A stretch of DNA of 64,000 nt, taken from NCBI GenBank assembly GCA_050954465.1, contig JBPBPU010000005.1, forward strand, positions 11,910-75,909. Reading direction: 5' to 3'. This document shows positions 27,788 to 37,365 of the stretch, in pieces. The translations under genes were made by a program, and so were the position numbers. A model generated the notes under the pieces. That model saw only the letters and a list, made by a program, of their open reading frames with translations, had not been told where the DNA came from and searched no databases. Source of the DNA: Janthinobacterium lividum. GTDB lineage: Bacteria; Bacteroidota; Bacteroidia; Cytophagales; Hymenobacteraceae. Position 1 is the stretch's first letter. Every line of letters begins with the position of its first letter.

Positions 27788-30475
27788 CTACTGCACCACT
27801 AGGCGCGTGGCCGCTGCCCCGGCGCGCACCAGGTACACGCCCGGTACCAGCCCGGCGGGCAGCAGGGTGGTGCCCTCGGCATCGGCGGTGGCGGTGGCGG
27901 CCACCCGGCCCAGCACATCGAACACCTGTACCAGGGTGCCGGCCCCGGCCCCGAGCAGCGTGGCCGCTCCGTAGGTTGGGTTGGGCAACAGCACTAACTC
28001 GCTAGCCTGGGCCAGCGCCGCCAGCTGTGCTCCCGCCGGGATATAGCGGGCTATATAGTTGGCCCCGATGTCACCCGCCCGGTGAAACTCACCCCCCAGG
28101 TATAGACCGTTAGCAGTCAGCGCCACTGCGGCAATGCGGCCATCTACCCCGTTGGCGAGGTCTGTGCCCAGGCTGCGCCAATTCGTGCCATCCCACTGGG
28201 CTATGTAGGTGGCCGGGGTTCCGCCCACCGTAGTGAAGTTGCCCCCCACGTACACCGTGCCGCCGCTCACGGCCAAGGCATTGACACGCAGGAACGACCC
28301 GTTGGAGGTGTTCGTGACCAGGCTACTCCAGTGCGTGCCGTCCCAAACGGCCAGGTGGGCGACCGGCATGCCACCCGCCAGTGTGAATTCGCCCCCCACG
28401 TATAGAATGCTACCCCTCACAGCTAGTGCGTACACATTGTTAAGAGGGGGGTAGCTATTTTTGGTCGGCGGGTAGCTCACCCCATTGGCGGCACCCGTGC
28501 CCAGGCTGCTCCAAGTGGTGCCGTCCCACTGGGCAATGGAGTTGGCTGCTACCCCGCCAGCCTGGGTAAAGCGGCCTCCCACGTAGAGCGTGCTACCGCT
28601 CATAGCCAGCGCGTACACTCCGCCATCCAAATGGCCACTCACCCCATTGTCGGTACCCGCACCCAGGCTGCGCCAACTGGTGCCGTCCCACTGGGCAATA
28701 TAGCTGGCCGCCGCTCCACCCGCTTTGGTAAAGTTGCCCCCCACGTAGAGCGTGCTACCGCTCACGGCCAGCGCGTTAATCCCTCTATTTACTCCATTGG
28801 CCGGGCCCGTACCCAGGCTGTGCCAGTTGGTGCCATCCCACTGGGCAATAGAGGTGGCCACCACCCCGCCTGCTTGCGTGAAGTTGCCCCCCACGTACAC
28901 TGTACTGCCGCTCACAGCCAGCGCGTTAACCATGCCATCAACTCCGTTGGCCGGGCCCGTGCCCAGGCTGCTCCACATGGTGCCGTCCCAGCGGGCTACC
29001 CGGTTGGCTGCTATCCCGCCAACCTGAGTGAATTGTCCTCCCACGTACACTGTACTGCCGCTCACAGCCAGGGCGCTAACCACATAATTGACCCCTACGG
29101 AGCCCGTACCCAGGCTGCTCCACGTGGTGCCGTCCCAGCGGGCTATCCGGTTGACTGCCCGCCCATCCATCAGCGTAAAGCAGCCTCCCGCGTACAACGT
29201 ACTGCCGCTCACGACCAAGGCGCAGTAATAGGGGTTGTACACGTTTGCCAGGCCCACCCCCGTGCCCAGACTGCGCCAGCTGGTGCCGTCCCACTGGGTC
29301 ACCTGCCGTTCGGAGCCGTATACCGGAATAAGAGCGTACTCAGCATACAGGATGCTGCCATTCACGGCCAGCGCGTAAACTACACTAGGCACGCTATTGG
29401 TTGGGCCCGCACCCAGGCTGCTCCACGTGGTGCCGTCCCAGCGGGCGACGGAATTGGCCGCCACCCCACCCGCTTGCGTAAAGTAGCCCCCTACATACAG
29501 CGTACTGCCGCTCACGGCCAGCGCGTACACTGTACTATTGACGCCGTTGGTCGCGCCCGTACCCAGGCTGCTCCACGTGGTGCCGTCCCAGCGGGCGACG
29601 GAGTTGGCCGCCACCCCGCCCGCCTTCGTGAAATTCCCCCCTGCGTACAGCGTGCTGCCGCTCACGGCCAGCGCGTCAACCTCGCCATTTACTCCGTTGG
29701 CCGTGCCCGTGCCCAAGGTGCTCCACGTCGAGCTTACCACGTCCCATTGGGCCACGTTATTGGCCCCCACCGGCCCGGCCCGGTCAAAGTACCCCCCCAC
29801 GTACAGCGTGCGGCCGCTCAGGGCCAGGGCCTGGACACCGAAGTTCGGGGCGACGTAGCTACCGATGCCGGTAGTGCCGCCCGCGCTCAGGGCACTCCAG
29901 TGCGTGCCGTCCCACTTGGCGACGCAGCTGGCCGCTACTCCGCCCGCTTGACTAAAGTATCCCCCCACGTACAGCGTACTGCCGCTCATGACCAAGGCGC
30001 GCACCTCGCCACTTACCCCGTTGGCCGGACCCGTGCCCAAGGTGCTCCACTGCGTGCCGTCCCACTGGGCTATGTGGTTGGCCACCGCCCCACCCGCTGC
30101 GGTAAATCCTCCTCCTACGTACACCGTGCTGCCACTAACGGCTACGGCGGCAACATACATATTTACGCCATTCTGCGTGCCAACCGGGCCTTCGCCCAGG
30201 GCCTCCCAGTCGCCAGCCGCCGAGGCGTTTGTGGCGGTGGAGCGCAGCACGGGCTGCCCCCTCTTGCCGTAGCTGAGCTGGTAGCCCCTGGCATCGAACG
30301 AGCCGCTGGCCCCGGCGCGCAGGGTGCCATCGGGGCGCAGGATGGTGGCTACCGAGGGGGCCTGGCTATGGCCGGGCAGCGCCAGGCTGAGCAGCAGCGC
30401 CAGCAGGCAGATGGTGAAGGAAGCTGCCCTGCAGGCAGCTGGTGCCCGCAGGAGCCGGGGGGTAGCAAAGAGCAT
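27788..30475 (-). CDS. T9SS-secreted protein with ~50-aa beta-propeller-blade repeats
   Basis: About 14 units of V.ALAVSGSTLYVGG.FT.AGGV.AN.IA.WDGT.WS.LGTG..NGV. C-terminal sorting domain LLPNPTYG...VQVFDVLGRVAA...LVPGVYLVRAG..ATRLVVQ. The start is at ATG 30475. Confidence 0.85.
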   Translation of the reverse strand: MLFATPRLLRAPAACRAASFTICLLALLLSLALPGHSQAPSVATILRPDGTLRAGASGSFDARGYQLSYGKRGQPVLRSTATNASAAGDWEALGEGPVGTQNGVNMYVAAVAVSGSTVYVGGGFTAAGGAVANHIAQWDGTQWSTLGTGPANGVSGEVRALVMSGSTLYVGGYFSQAGGVAASCVAKWDGTHWSALSAGGTTGIGSYVAPNFGVQALALSGRTLYVGGYFDRAGPVGANNVAQWDVVSSTWSTLGTGTANGVNGEVDALAVSGSTLYAGGNFTKAGGVAANSVARWDGTTWSSLGTGATNGVNSTVYALAVSGSTLYVGGYFTQAGGVAANSVARWDGTTWSSLGAGPTNSVPSVVYALAVNGSILYAEYALIPVYGSERQVTQWDGTSWRSLGTGVGLANVYNPYYCALVVSGSTLYAGGCFTLMDGRAVNRIARWDGTTWSSLGTGSVGVNYVVSALAVSGSTVYVGGQFTQVGGIAANRVARWDGTMWSSLGTGPANGVDGMVNALAVSGSTVYVGGNFTQAGGVVATSIAQWDGTNWHSLGTGPANGVNRGINALAVSGSTLYVGGNFTKAGGAAASYIAQWDGTSWRSLGAGTDNGVSGHLDGGVYALAMSGSTLYVGGRFTQAGGVAANSIAQWDGTTWSSLGTGAANGVSYPPTKNSYPPLNNVYALAVRGSILYVGGEFTLAGGMPVAHLAVWDGTHWSSLVTNTSNGSFLRVNALAVSGGTVYVGGNFTTVGGTPATYIAQWDGTNWRSLGTDLANGVDGRIAAVALTANGLYLGGEFHRAGDIGANYIARYIPAGAQLAALAQASELVLLPNPTYGAATLLGAGAGTLVQVFDVLGRVAATATADAEGTTLLPAGLVPGVYLVRAGAAATRLVVQ

Positions 30476-30641
30476 ACGGTACGGGAAGTAAAGCGAAATA
30501 ATTGGCGGCACGCAGAGGGCCTCGCGGAGAACAATGGCTATCTTCTGGCACTTAGGCCATAGCTACCTCAAAGGTAAAGCACCGAATCTTTTGGTCTGGC
30601 AGTTATCCGGGGTTTATTTTCATTGGCCCACCCCGGCAGCC

Positions 30642-30679
30642 AAGCGCCCGGCCGCCGCGAGGCAGCCGGGCGCGAAGCC
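30642..30679 (-). terminator. duplicated hairpin block downstream of the 1171-aa T9SS cargo gene
   Basis: The same 38-bp block as 27735-27772, placed 17 nt after the stop. Confidence 0.45.
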
Positions 30680-30695
30680 AGGAATAACCAGGCGC

Positions 30696-33600
30696 TTACT
30701 CCACCACCAGCCGGGTGGCGCTGCTCTCCGCCCGCACCACGTACACGCCCGGCGCAAGGCCCGCTGGCAACGGTAGCCGGGCCGCACCCGTGGCGTCGGC
30801 CGTGGCGGTGGCCACCACGCGGCCCAGCGCATCCAGCACCTGCACGGCCGCGCCGGGGGAGGTGCCGGCCAGGGTGGTGCTGCCAGCCGTGGGGTTGGGG
30901 TACAGTGCCAGGCCAGCCCCGGCCGGCAGGGCAGCGCGCACGGGCAGCGTACCCGTATCGGTGACGCGTGCGAGTAGGCTGCAGCCCCCGGCTGCCGGCA
31001 GGTTGAGGGTTATCGGGCCATAGGTAGCCACCGGGGGAGTGCTGCCCGCCACGTACACCTGCTGCCCGCTCAGGGCCACGCCGAAAGCGGAGTCGGAGTC
31101 GGGGCCGCCGCCTACCCGCGTCCAGCCCAGGCTGGCGCTGGCCCCGTTGTCGAGGTAGCGGGCCAGCAGCACGTCGTAGCTGGTAGTGGCACTGGCGCCG
31201 GGCACCGCTACCGGGCCAGGGGCGGTGCCACTGCCCCCAAACACTACGGCGGTAGCATTGGCAGTGCCGCCACCGAGTATGGTACCGGCCACGTACACGC
31301 TGGTACTGGTGGCGGCCACCCCATAGCCCACGTCGCCCCCGGTGCCGCCGCCCACCTGCGTCCAGCCCAGGGTGGCGCTGGTGCCGTTGTCGGTGTACTT
31401 GGCCAGCAGCAGGTCGGGGCTGCTGGTGCTGCTGGCACCGTACTGCGGGCTGGTGCCGGCTGTGGTGCCACTGCCGCCGAATACAACAGCGTCGGCGTTG
31501 CTGCTGCTGTTGGTAATAAAGCCGGTCACGTATATGCTGGTGCCGCTCACGGCCACGCCGATGCCCTGGTCGCTGCCCGTGCCGCCACCCACCTGCGTCC
31601 AGCCCAAGGTGCCGGTGGTGCCGTTGTCGGTGTACTTGGCCAGCACTACATCCTGGCTGCTGGTGCTGCTGGCGCCATTTACCTGGGTGGTGCCCACGGT
31701 GGTGCCGCTGCCGCCAAACAGCACGCTGGTGCCGTTGGCGGCGTTGTTGGTGAGGGTGCCCGCCACGTACACGCTGGTGCCGCTCGCGGCCACGCCGTTG
31801 CTCTGGTCGCTGCCGGTGCCGCCACCCACCTGCGCCCAGCCGAAGGTGGCCGTGGTGCCGTTGTCGGTGTACTTGGCCAGCACCAGGTCTTCGCTGAGGG
31901 CGGTGCTGGCCCCGTTCACGATGGCTGTGCCGGTGGTGGTGCCGTTGCCCCCAAAGGTTACTGCACTGCCGTTGGCGCGGCTGTTGCTAATGCTGCCCGT
32001 TAGGTACACGCTGGTGCCGCTCACGGCCACGCCCCCGGCCCGGTCGGTATCGGTGCCGCCGGCCACCTGGGTCCAGCGCAGGATGGCGCTGGTGCCGTTG
32101 TCCTGGTACTTCACCAGCACCAGGTCGGCGGTGCTGGTGCTGCCGATGCCGTTTACCTGCGCGGTGCTGGTGAGCGGGTTGGGGCCGCCGAAGGCCACGG
32201 CATTGGCGTCGGTGCTGCTGTTGGTGATGGTGCCCGCCACGTATACGCTGGTGCCCTGCACGGCAATGCCGATGCCGTTGTCGTAGCCGGCGCCGCCGCC
32301 GCGCTGCGCCCAGGCCCAGGTCCCGGTAGCCGGCACGTACTTGGCCACAAACAGGTCGGTGCCGCCCGCGCTGCTGAGGCGGGTGCTGCCGAAGTCCACC
32401 TCGCCCGAGAAGTAGCCGGTCACGAACACGTTGCCCTGGGCATCGGTAGCCACGGCGCGGGTGGTGCTGCTGCCCCCGTTGGTAGCGGCGGTCAGCGTAG
32501 CCCAGGCGCCAGTGCTGCCGGCGTCGGTGGCCTGGGCCAGCACCGTCCGCATGAAGGTGGTGCCCTGGGCGGCCTGGCCGCTGGCGGGGCTAAAATTGAG
32601 CAGGGTGGAGAGGCCGGTGCCGGGCGACATGGTGCCCCCCGCGTACACGCTGCTGCCGCTCACGGCCACGCCGGCGGCCAGGTCGGGGCCGGTGCTGCCG
32701 CCCGCCCGCGCCCAGCCAAAGGAAGCCGTGGTGCCCTGGTCGGTGTACTTGGCCAGCACCAGGTCGTCGGTGGTGGGTGCCGCCGCGCCGGGCACAGCCA
32801 CCCCAGCGGCGCCGCCGCCGCCGCCGCCGCCAAAGAACACGCCGCTGGCATTGGCGGCGTTATTGTTGCACGTACCGGTGAGGTACACGCTGGTGCCCTG
32901 CACGGCCACGCTGGCGCCGTAGTCGGCGCCCGCGCCGCCGCCCACCTGCGCCCAGCCGAAGGAAGCCGTGGCGCCGTTGTCGGTCCATTTGGCCAGCAGC
33001 AGGTCGTAGCTGAGGGCGGCATTGGCCCCGTTCACTACCACGGTGCCGGCCGTGGTGCCGCCGCCCCCAAAGAGTACGCTGGTGCCATTAGCGGCGGTGT
33101 TCACCAGCGAGCCGGCCACGTACACGCTCGAGCCGCTCACGGCCACGGCCAGCCCACCGTCGTAGCTGCTGCCCCCACCCACCTGCGTCCAGGTCAGGGC
33201 GCCGGTGGCGCCGGTGTCGGTGTACTTAGCCAGCACCAGGTCGGGGCTGCCGCCGGGGTTAGCGCCGTTCACCTGGGTGGTGCCGGCGGTGGTACCGCCG
33301 CCGCCGAAGAGCACACCGTAGGCGTTGTTGGCGGTGTTGTAAAGCTGGCCGGTGAGGTACACGCTAGTGCCACTGGCCGCCACGCCGTAGCCCAGGTCGT
33401 TGTAGGTGCCGCCGCCCACCTGCGTCCAGCCCAGGGTGGCGCTGGCGCCGTTGTCCTGGTACTTGGCCAGCAGCAGGTCGTTGCTGGCGGTAGCGGTGGC
33501 CCCGTTCACCTGCACGGTGCCAGCGGTGGTGCCGCCGCCCCCAAAGAGGGCGCCATTGGAGTTGGCGGCGTTGTTGTAGAGGGTGCCGCTGACATACACG

Positions 33601-34211
33601 CTGGTGCCGCTCACGGCCACACCGGTGCCCTGGTCGAGGCTGCTGCCGCCGCCCACTTGCGTCCAGCCCAGGGTGGCGTTGGTGCCTTGGTCGGTGTACT
33701 TGGCCAGCAGCACATCCTGGCTGGTGGTGGTGGTAGCCCCCAGTACCGGGGTGGCGCTGGTGGCCGGGGTGGTGCCCCCGAAGCGCACGGCGCTGGCATC
33801 GGCACGGCTGTTGGTGATGGCGCCGGCCACGTAGATGCTGGTGCCCTGCACGGCCAGGCCGTAGCCTGCGTCGGGGCCGGTGCCGCCGCCGCGTTGGGCC
33901 CAGGCCCAGGTGCCGGTAGCGGGCACCCACTTGGCTACAAACAGGTCGGAGCCGCCGGTGGCGCTCACCAGCACGGTGCTGCCAAAGGCCACGCTCCCGT
34001 CGAAGGCGCCCGCCACGAACACGTTGCCGCTGGCGTCGGTGGCCATGGCGTAGGTTTGGGTGTGGCCGTTCACCTGGGTGGGGCTGCCGGGGGCGGCCAG
34101 GTCCCAGGCAGGCGCTTGGGCGTGGGCAATACCGGTGGGCAGCAGTAGCGCCGCACAGGTGGCTGCGGAAGCTAGTAGCTGGCGCAGGAATCGGGTAGCA
34201 GAAAAAAGCAT
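30696..34211 (-). CDS. T9SS-secreted SBBP-type beta-propeller repeat protein (two propeller arrays)
   Basis: Paralog of 25753-27681. It has a signal peptide (..GIAHAQAP) and two blocks of the same ~60-aa repeat, separated by a linker near aa 520-570. C-terminal sorting domain [10 protein letters not shown]...[12 protein letters not shown]...[18 protein letters not shown]. Confidence 0.85.
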   Translation of the reverse strand: MLFSATRFLRQLLASAATCAALLLPTGIAHAQAPAWDLAAPGSPTQVNGHTQTYAMATDASGNVFVAGAFDGSVAFGSTVLVSATGGSDLFVAKWVPATGTWAWAQRGGGTGPDAGYGLAVQGTSIYVAGAITNSRADASAVRFGGTTPATSATPVLGATTTTSQDVLLAKYTDQGTNATLGWTQVGGGSSLDQGTGVAVSGTSVYVSGTLYNNAANSNGALFGGGGTTAGTVQVNGATATASNDLLLAKYQDNGASATLGWTQVGGGTYNDLGYGVAASGTSVYLTGQLYNTANNAYGVLFGGGGTTAGTTQVNGANPGGSPDLVLAKYTDTGATGALTWTQVGGGSSYDGGLAVAVSGSSVYVAGSLVNTAANGTSVLFGGGGTTAGTVVVNGANAALSYDLLLAKWTDNGATASFGWAQVGGGAGADYGASVAVQGTSVYLTGTCNNNAANASGVFFGGGGGGGAAGVAVPGAAAPTTDDLVLAKYTDQGTTASFGWARAGGSTGPDLAAGVAVSGSSVYAGGTMSPGTGLSTLLNFSPASGQAAQGTTFMRTVLAQATDAGSTGAWATLTAATNGGSSTTRAVATDAQGNVFVTGYFSGEVDFGSTRLSSAGGTDLFVAKYVPATGTWAWAQRGGGAGYDNGIGIAVQGTSVYVAGTITNSSTDANAVAFGGPNPLTSTAQVNGIGSTSTADLVLVKYQDNGTSAILRWTQVAGGTDTDRAGGVAVSGTSVYLTGSISNSRANGSAVTFGGNGTTTGTAIVNGASTALSEDLVLAKYTDNGTTATFGWAQVGGGTGSDQSNGVAASGTSVYVAGTLTNNAANGTSVLFGGSGTTVGTTQVNGASSTSSQDVVLAKYTDNGTTGTLGWTQVGGGTGSDQGIGVAVSGTSIYVTGFITNSSSNADAVVFGGSGTTAGTSPQYGASSTSSPDLLLAKYTDNGTSATLGWTQVGGGTGGDVGYGVAATSTSVYVAGTILGGGTANATAVVFGGSGTAPGPVAVPGASATTSYDVLLARYLDNGASASLGWTRVGGGPDSDSAFGVALSGQQVYVAGSTPPVATYGPITLNLPAAGGCSLLARVTDTGTLPVRAALPAGAGLALYPNPTAGSTTLAGTSPGAAVQVLDALGRVVATATADATGAARLPLPAGLAPGVYVVRAESSATRLVVE

Positions 34212-34397
34212 AGGGTAGCGAATAAGGGGGAGGGTTCTCTACCTGGCCCTGGCCCTGCGGGCAGTCTGGCCGGCCAGGTAGACGCCTCAAAGCTAACCAG
34301 CTAGCTTCATTCCCGCACCAGGTATCGGGCGGGCGGCAACCCGGCGCTGCCGTGCTGGTTTTCGCCGGCCGCCCCGGCAGGCTGCGCCCTATGCAAA

Positions 34398-34430
34398 CAG
34401 CCCTCCCGGCCGGGCGGCCAGGAGGGCTGT
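34398..34430 (-). terminator. hairpin downstream of icd
   Basis: A 10-bp stem, ACAGCCCTCC / GGAGGGCTGT, about 24 nt after the icd stop. The U-run is poor. Confidence 0.35.
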
Positions 34431-34453
34431 ATGGGGAAGGCAGCGAGAACTGG

Positions 34454-35683
34454 TTATCCCAGCTTTTTCCGGAGGTTTTCGTCCAGGGCTTCGAGAAACT
34501 CCTCGGTGTAGAGGTAGTCGCGGCCGTGCTCTACCTTGTTGCCATGGATGCAGACGGCCAGGTCCTTGGTCATCTTGCCGCTTTCCACGGTTTCAACGCA
34601 CACTTGCTCCAGGGCGTGGCAGAAGTCAATAAGTTCCTGGTTGCCGTCGAGCCTGCCCCGGAATTCGAGTCCGCGCGTCCAGGCGAAGATGCTGGCGATG
34701 GGGTTGGTGCTGGTGGGCTTGCCGGCCTGGTGCTCACGGTAGTGGCGCGTCACGGTGCCGTGGGCGGCTTCGGCCTCCATCACGGTGCCGTCGGGCGTTA
34801 CCAGCGTCGAGGTCATGAGGCCGAGCGAGCCGAAGCCCTAGGCTACGGTGTCGCTTTGCACGTCGCCGTCGTAGTTTTTGCAGGCCCACACAAAGTTGCC
34901 GTTCCACTTCAGCGCCGAGGCCACCATGTCGTCAATCAGGCGGTGCTCGTAGGTGATGCCGGCCGCCTTGAACTTGGCCTGGTAGTCCTGCTCGTAAATC
35001 TCCTGGAAGATGTCCTTGAAGCGCCCGTCGTACTTCTTGAGGATGGTGTTCTTGGTGCTCAAGTACAGCGGCCAGCCTTTCATCAGGACCTGGTTGAAGC
35101 AGGCGTGGGCGAAGCCCCGGATGCTTTCGTCGGTGTTGTACATGGCCAGGGCCACGCCGTCGCTCTTGAAGTTGAACACCTCGAAGCTCTGGGCCGCGCC
35201 GCCGTCTTCGGGCTGGAAGGTGATGGTAAGCTTGCCCTTGCCCTTGGTTACGAAGTCGGTGGCGCGGTACTGGTCGCCGAAAGCGTGGCGGCCAATGCAG
35301 ATGGGGGCCGTCCAGTTGGGCACCAGGCGGGGCACGTTCTGCATCACAATGGGCTCGCGGAACACGGTGCCGTCGAGGATGTTGCGGATGGTACCGTTGG
35401 GCGACTTCCACATCTGCTTGAGCCCGAACTCAGCTACCCGCTCCTCGTCGGGCGTGATGGTGGCGCACTTGATGCCCACGCCATACTGCCGGATGGCATT
35501 GGCCGAGTCGATGGTGACCTGGTCGTTGGTTTCATCGCGGTACTCGATGCCGAGGTCGTAGTACTTGATGTCGAGGTCGAGGTAGGGCAGGATGAGCTTG
35601 CCCTTGATAAACTTCCAGATGATACGGGTCATCTCGTCGCCATCCGGTTCCACGACGGGATTGGCTACTTTAATCTTGGCCAT
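34454..35683 (-). pseudogene. icd: NADP-dependent isocitrate dehydrogenase (eukaryote-like IDH1/2 type) interrupted by one in-frame TAG
   Basis: Two in-frame ORFs, 34838-35683 and 34454-34816 (with bridging codons), read continuously as ...[22 protein letters not shown].... They align along their whole length with IDH1-type enzymes ([89 protein letters not shown]). The TAG is at 34838-34840, where the family has Gln. Confidence 0.9.
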
Positions 35684-35864
35684 GTTAGGGCAGGGGTTGA
35701 GGTAAAATAAGTGAGGATATTGGCGTAGCAGCGTGCTACATAAAGGTCTGGCTGGCTCCCGCACGGGCGGAGCCAACCCTGTCTGCGCGCTTCGCAATCG
35801 ATTGCAATTCCAGCGCAGTTCATTTGCGGCACTGCGTACGCCCAAAAAGCACCTACCAGCGCCG

Positions 35865-37235
35865 CTACTGCCGCTCCCGCCACAGCTCCCGAAACGACTT
35901 GTCGGCCACGCGCAGGCTTTCGCGGCGCTTGCGCCAGCCGGCCTGGTCGAGCAGGTAGCCGAGGCTGAAATCCTTGAGGCGGCCGGGCAGCACGTCGAGC
36001 GCCCAGCGGTGGCGCATGCTCCAGCGCCAGAGGCTGATGGCCGCTTTTTCCACCAGCGCATTATGCCCCTCGGCCACGCTCTCCTGGCGATTGAGCAGCA
36101 GCAGGTTGTGCAGGTTGATGCGCACCGGGCACACGCTGGTGCAGGCCCCGCACAGGCTGCTGGCGAAGCTCAGATGCTGGTGCTCCTTCAGGCCCGACAA
36201 ATGCGGGCTGATAACCGAGCCGATGGGGCCGGAATAGGTGGTCTCGTAGGTGTGGCCGCCGATGTTCTTGTACACCGGGCACACGTTGAGGCAGGCCCCA
36301 CACCGGATGCAGCGTAGCGCCTCGCGGCGGTCGGGCCGGGCGAGCAGGTTGGTGCGGCCGTTGTCAAGCAATATTACCACCATCTCCTCTGGCCCATCGG
36401 GCTCGCCGGGCTGGCGGGGGCCGAAGTACACGGTGTTGTACACCGTTACTTGCTGGCCGGTGCCGCTGGTACTGAGCAGCGGCCAGAACAAATCGAGGTC
36501 GGTAAGCTGCGGAATGATTTTCTCGATGCCCACCACGGCAATGTGCAGGCCCGGAAACGTGGCCGAGAGGCGGGCGTTGCCCTCGTTTTCGGTTACGGCC
36601 ACGCCGCCTTCCTTGGCCAGCAGAAAGTTGCCGCCCGTGATGCCCACCTCGGCGCTGGTGTATTTGTCGCGTAGCAGGTGCCGGGCCGTGAGCACGAGTT
36701 GCTGGGCATCGTCGGTGGGCGCTATGCCGAGGTGCTTGACGAAAATAGCGGCGATGTCCTGCTTGCTCAGGTGCATGGCCGGGGTCACGATGTGGTAGGG
36801 TCGCTCGCCGTTGAGCTGCACGATGTACTCGCCCAGGTCGGTTTCCACCGATTCCACGCCCCGCTCTTTGAGGTAGTGGTTGACGTGGATTTCCTCGGTG
36901 GTCATGCTCTTGGCCTTCACCACCGTGCGGGTGTGGCGGGCGGCGGTGAGGCGGCCTATTTCATCCAGCGCCTCCTGGGCGTCGTTGGCCCACACCACGC
37001 GGCCACCGCGAGCCGTAAAGGCGGCTTCGAACTGCAGCAGGTACTCATCGAGATTTTCGAGCACCTGCGCCTTGAGGTAGGCGGCGCGGGCGCGGGCCAG
37101 GTCGTGGGCCTGGTAGAGTTGGAGGCCAGCGCTCACGGCCGCATCATACTTGCCGATGTTGAAGCGGATTTTGCGGCGGTGTTCGAGGTCGAAGGCTTTA
37201 GTTTCGGCGTCGGCTTGGAAGATGTCGGCTTTCAT
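35865..37235 (-). CDS. lutB: LutB/LldF-type lactate utilisation iron-sulfur protein
   Basis: Motifs seen: [29 protein letters not shown], and two 4Fe-4S-type motifs ([14 protein letters not shown] and [10 protein letters not shown]). The start is at ATG 37235. The upstream 11 codons of the track ORF come from the repeat. Confidence 0.85.
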   Translation of the reverse strand: MKADIFQADAETKAFDLEHRRKIRFNIGKYDAAVSAGLQLYQAHDLARARAAYLKAQVLENLDEYLLQFEAAFTARGGRVVWANDAQEALDEIGRLTAARHTRTVVKAKSMTTEEIHVNHYLKERGVESVETDLGEYIVQLNGERPYHIVTPAMHLSKQDIAAIFVKHLGIAPTDDAQQLVLTARHLLRDKYTSAEVGITGGNFLLAKEGGVAVTENEGNARLSATFPGLHIAVVGIEKIIPQLTDLDLFWPLLSTSGTGQQVTVYNTVYFGPRQPGEPDGPEEMVVILLDNGRTNLLARPDRREALRCIRCGACLNVCPVYKNIGGHTYETTYSGPIGSVISPHLSGLKEHQHLSFASSLCGACTSVCPVRINLHNLLLLNRQESVAEGHNALVEKAAISLWRWSMRHRWALDVLPGRLKDFSLGYLLDQAGWRKRRESLRVADKSFRELWRERQ

Positions 37236-37256
37236 CAAGTAGTGCAAGAGGGCGAT

Positions 37257-37361
37257 GTAGAGACGCATCTTTGCGTCTTGTCGTTAGCTTCGCTGACCTC
37301 CGGTTGAACGAGGCTACTGGCGCGTTTCAAACAACGCCGAGACGCAAAGATGCGTCTCTAC
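37257..37361. repeat. palindromic REP-like element (GTAGAGACG head), copy 1
   Basis: Perfect 22-bp arms at 37257-37278 and 37340-37361. Each arm is a hairpin (AGACGCA..TGCGTCT). The 61-nt spacer carries TTAGCTTCGCTGACCTCCGGTTG. Confidence 0.9.
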
Positions 37362-37365
37362 AACC

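Noticed and set aside
28631-30562. Very long antisense ORFs opposite real genes. Examples are 28631-30562 (+, 643 aa), 34352-35710 (+, 452 aa), 11913-12932 (-), 4095-4862 (-), 22073-23014 (-), 42631-43431 (-) and 33364-34290 (-).
   Set aside because: They are Arg/Ala/Gly/Pro-rich and lack motifs. They lie opposite ORFs with clear family signatures. Long stop-free antisense frames are expected at this GC content, especially over repetitive coding DNA.
25753-34211. Regular DNA periodicity that might suggest a CRISPR array or satellite.
   Set aside because: The periodicity lies inside continuous long ORFs and corresponds to protein blade repeats. There is no alternation of constant repeats with unique spacers, and no cas genes are present.
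34838-34840. Possibility that TAG is reassigned as a sense codon genome-wide, which would make icd intact.
   Set aside because: TAG terminates several well-supported genes in the same window at positions that match family C-termini (nbaC 2437, adhesin 10323, pafA-like 12984, PlsC-like 54890, ORF 62092). Site-specific readthrough cannot be excluded and is kept in the finding.
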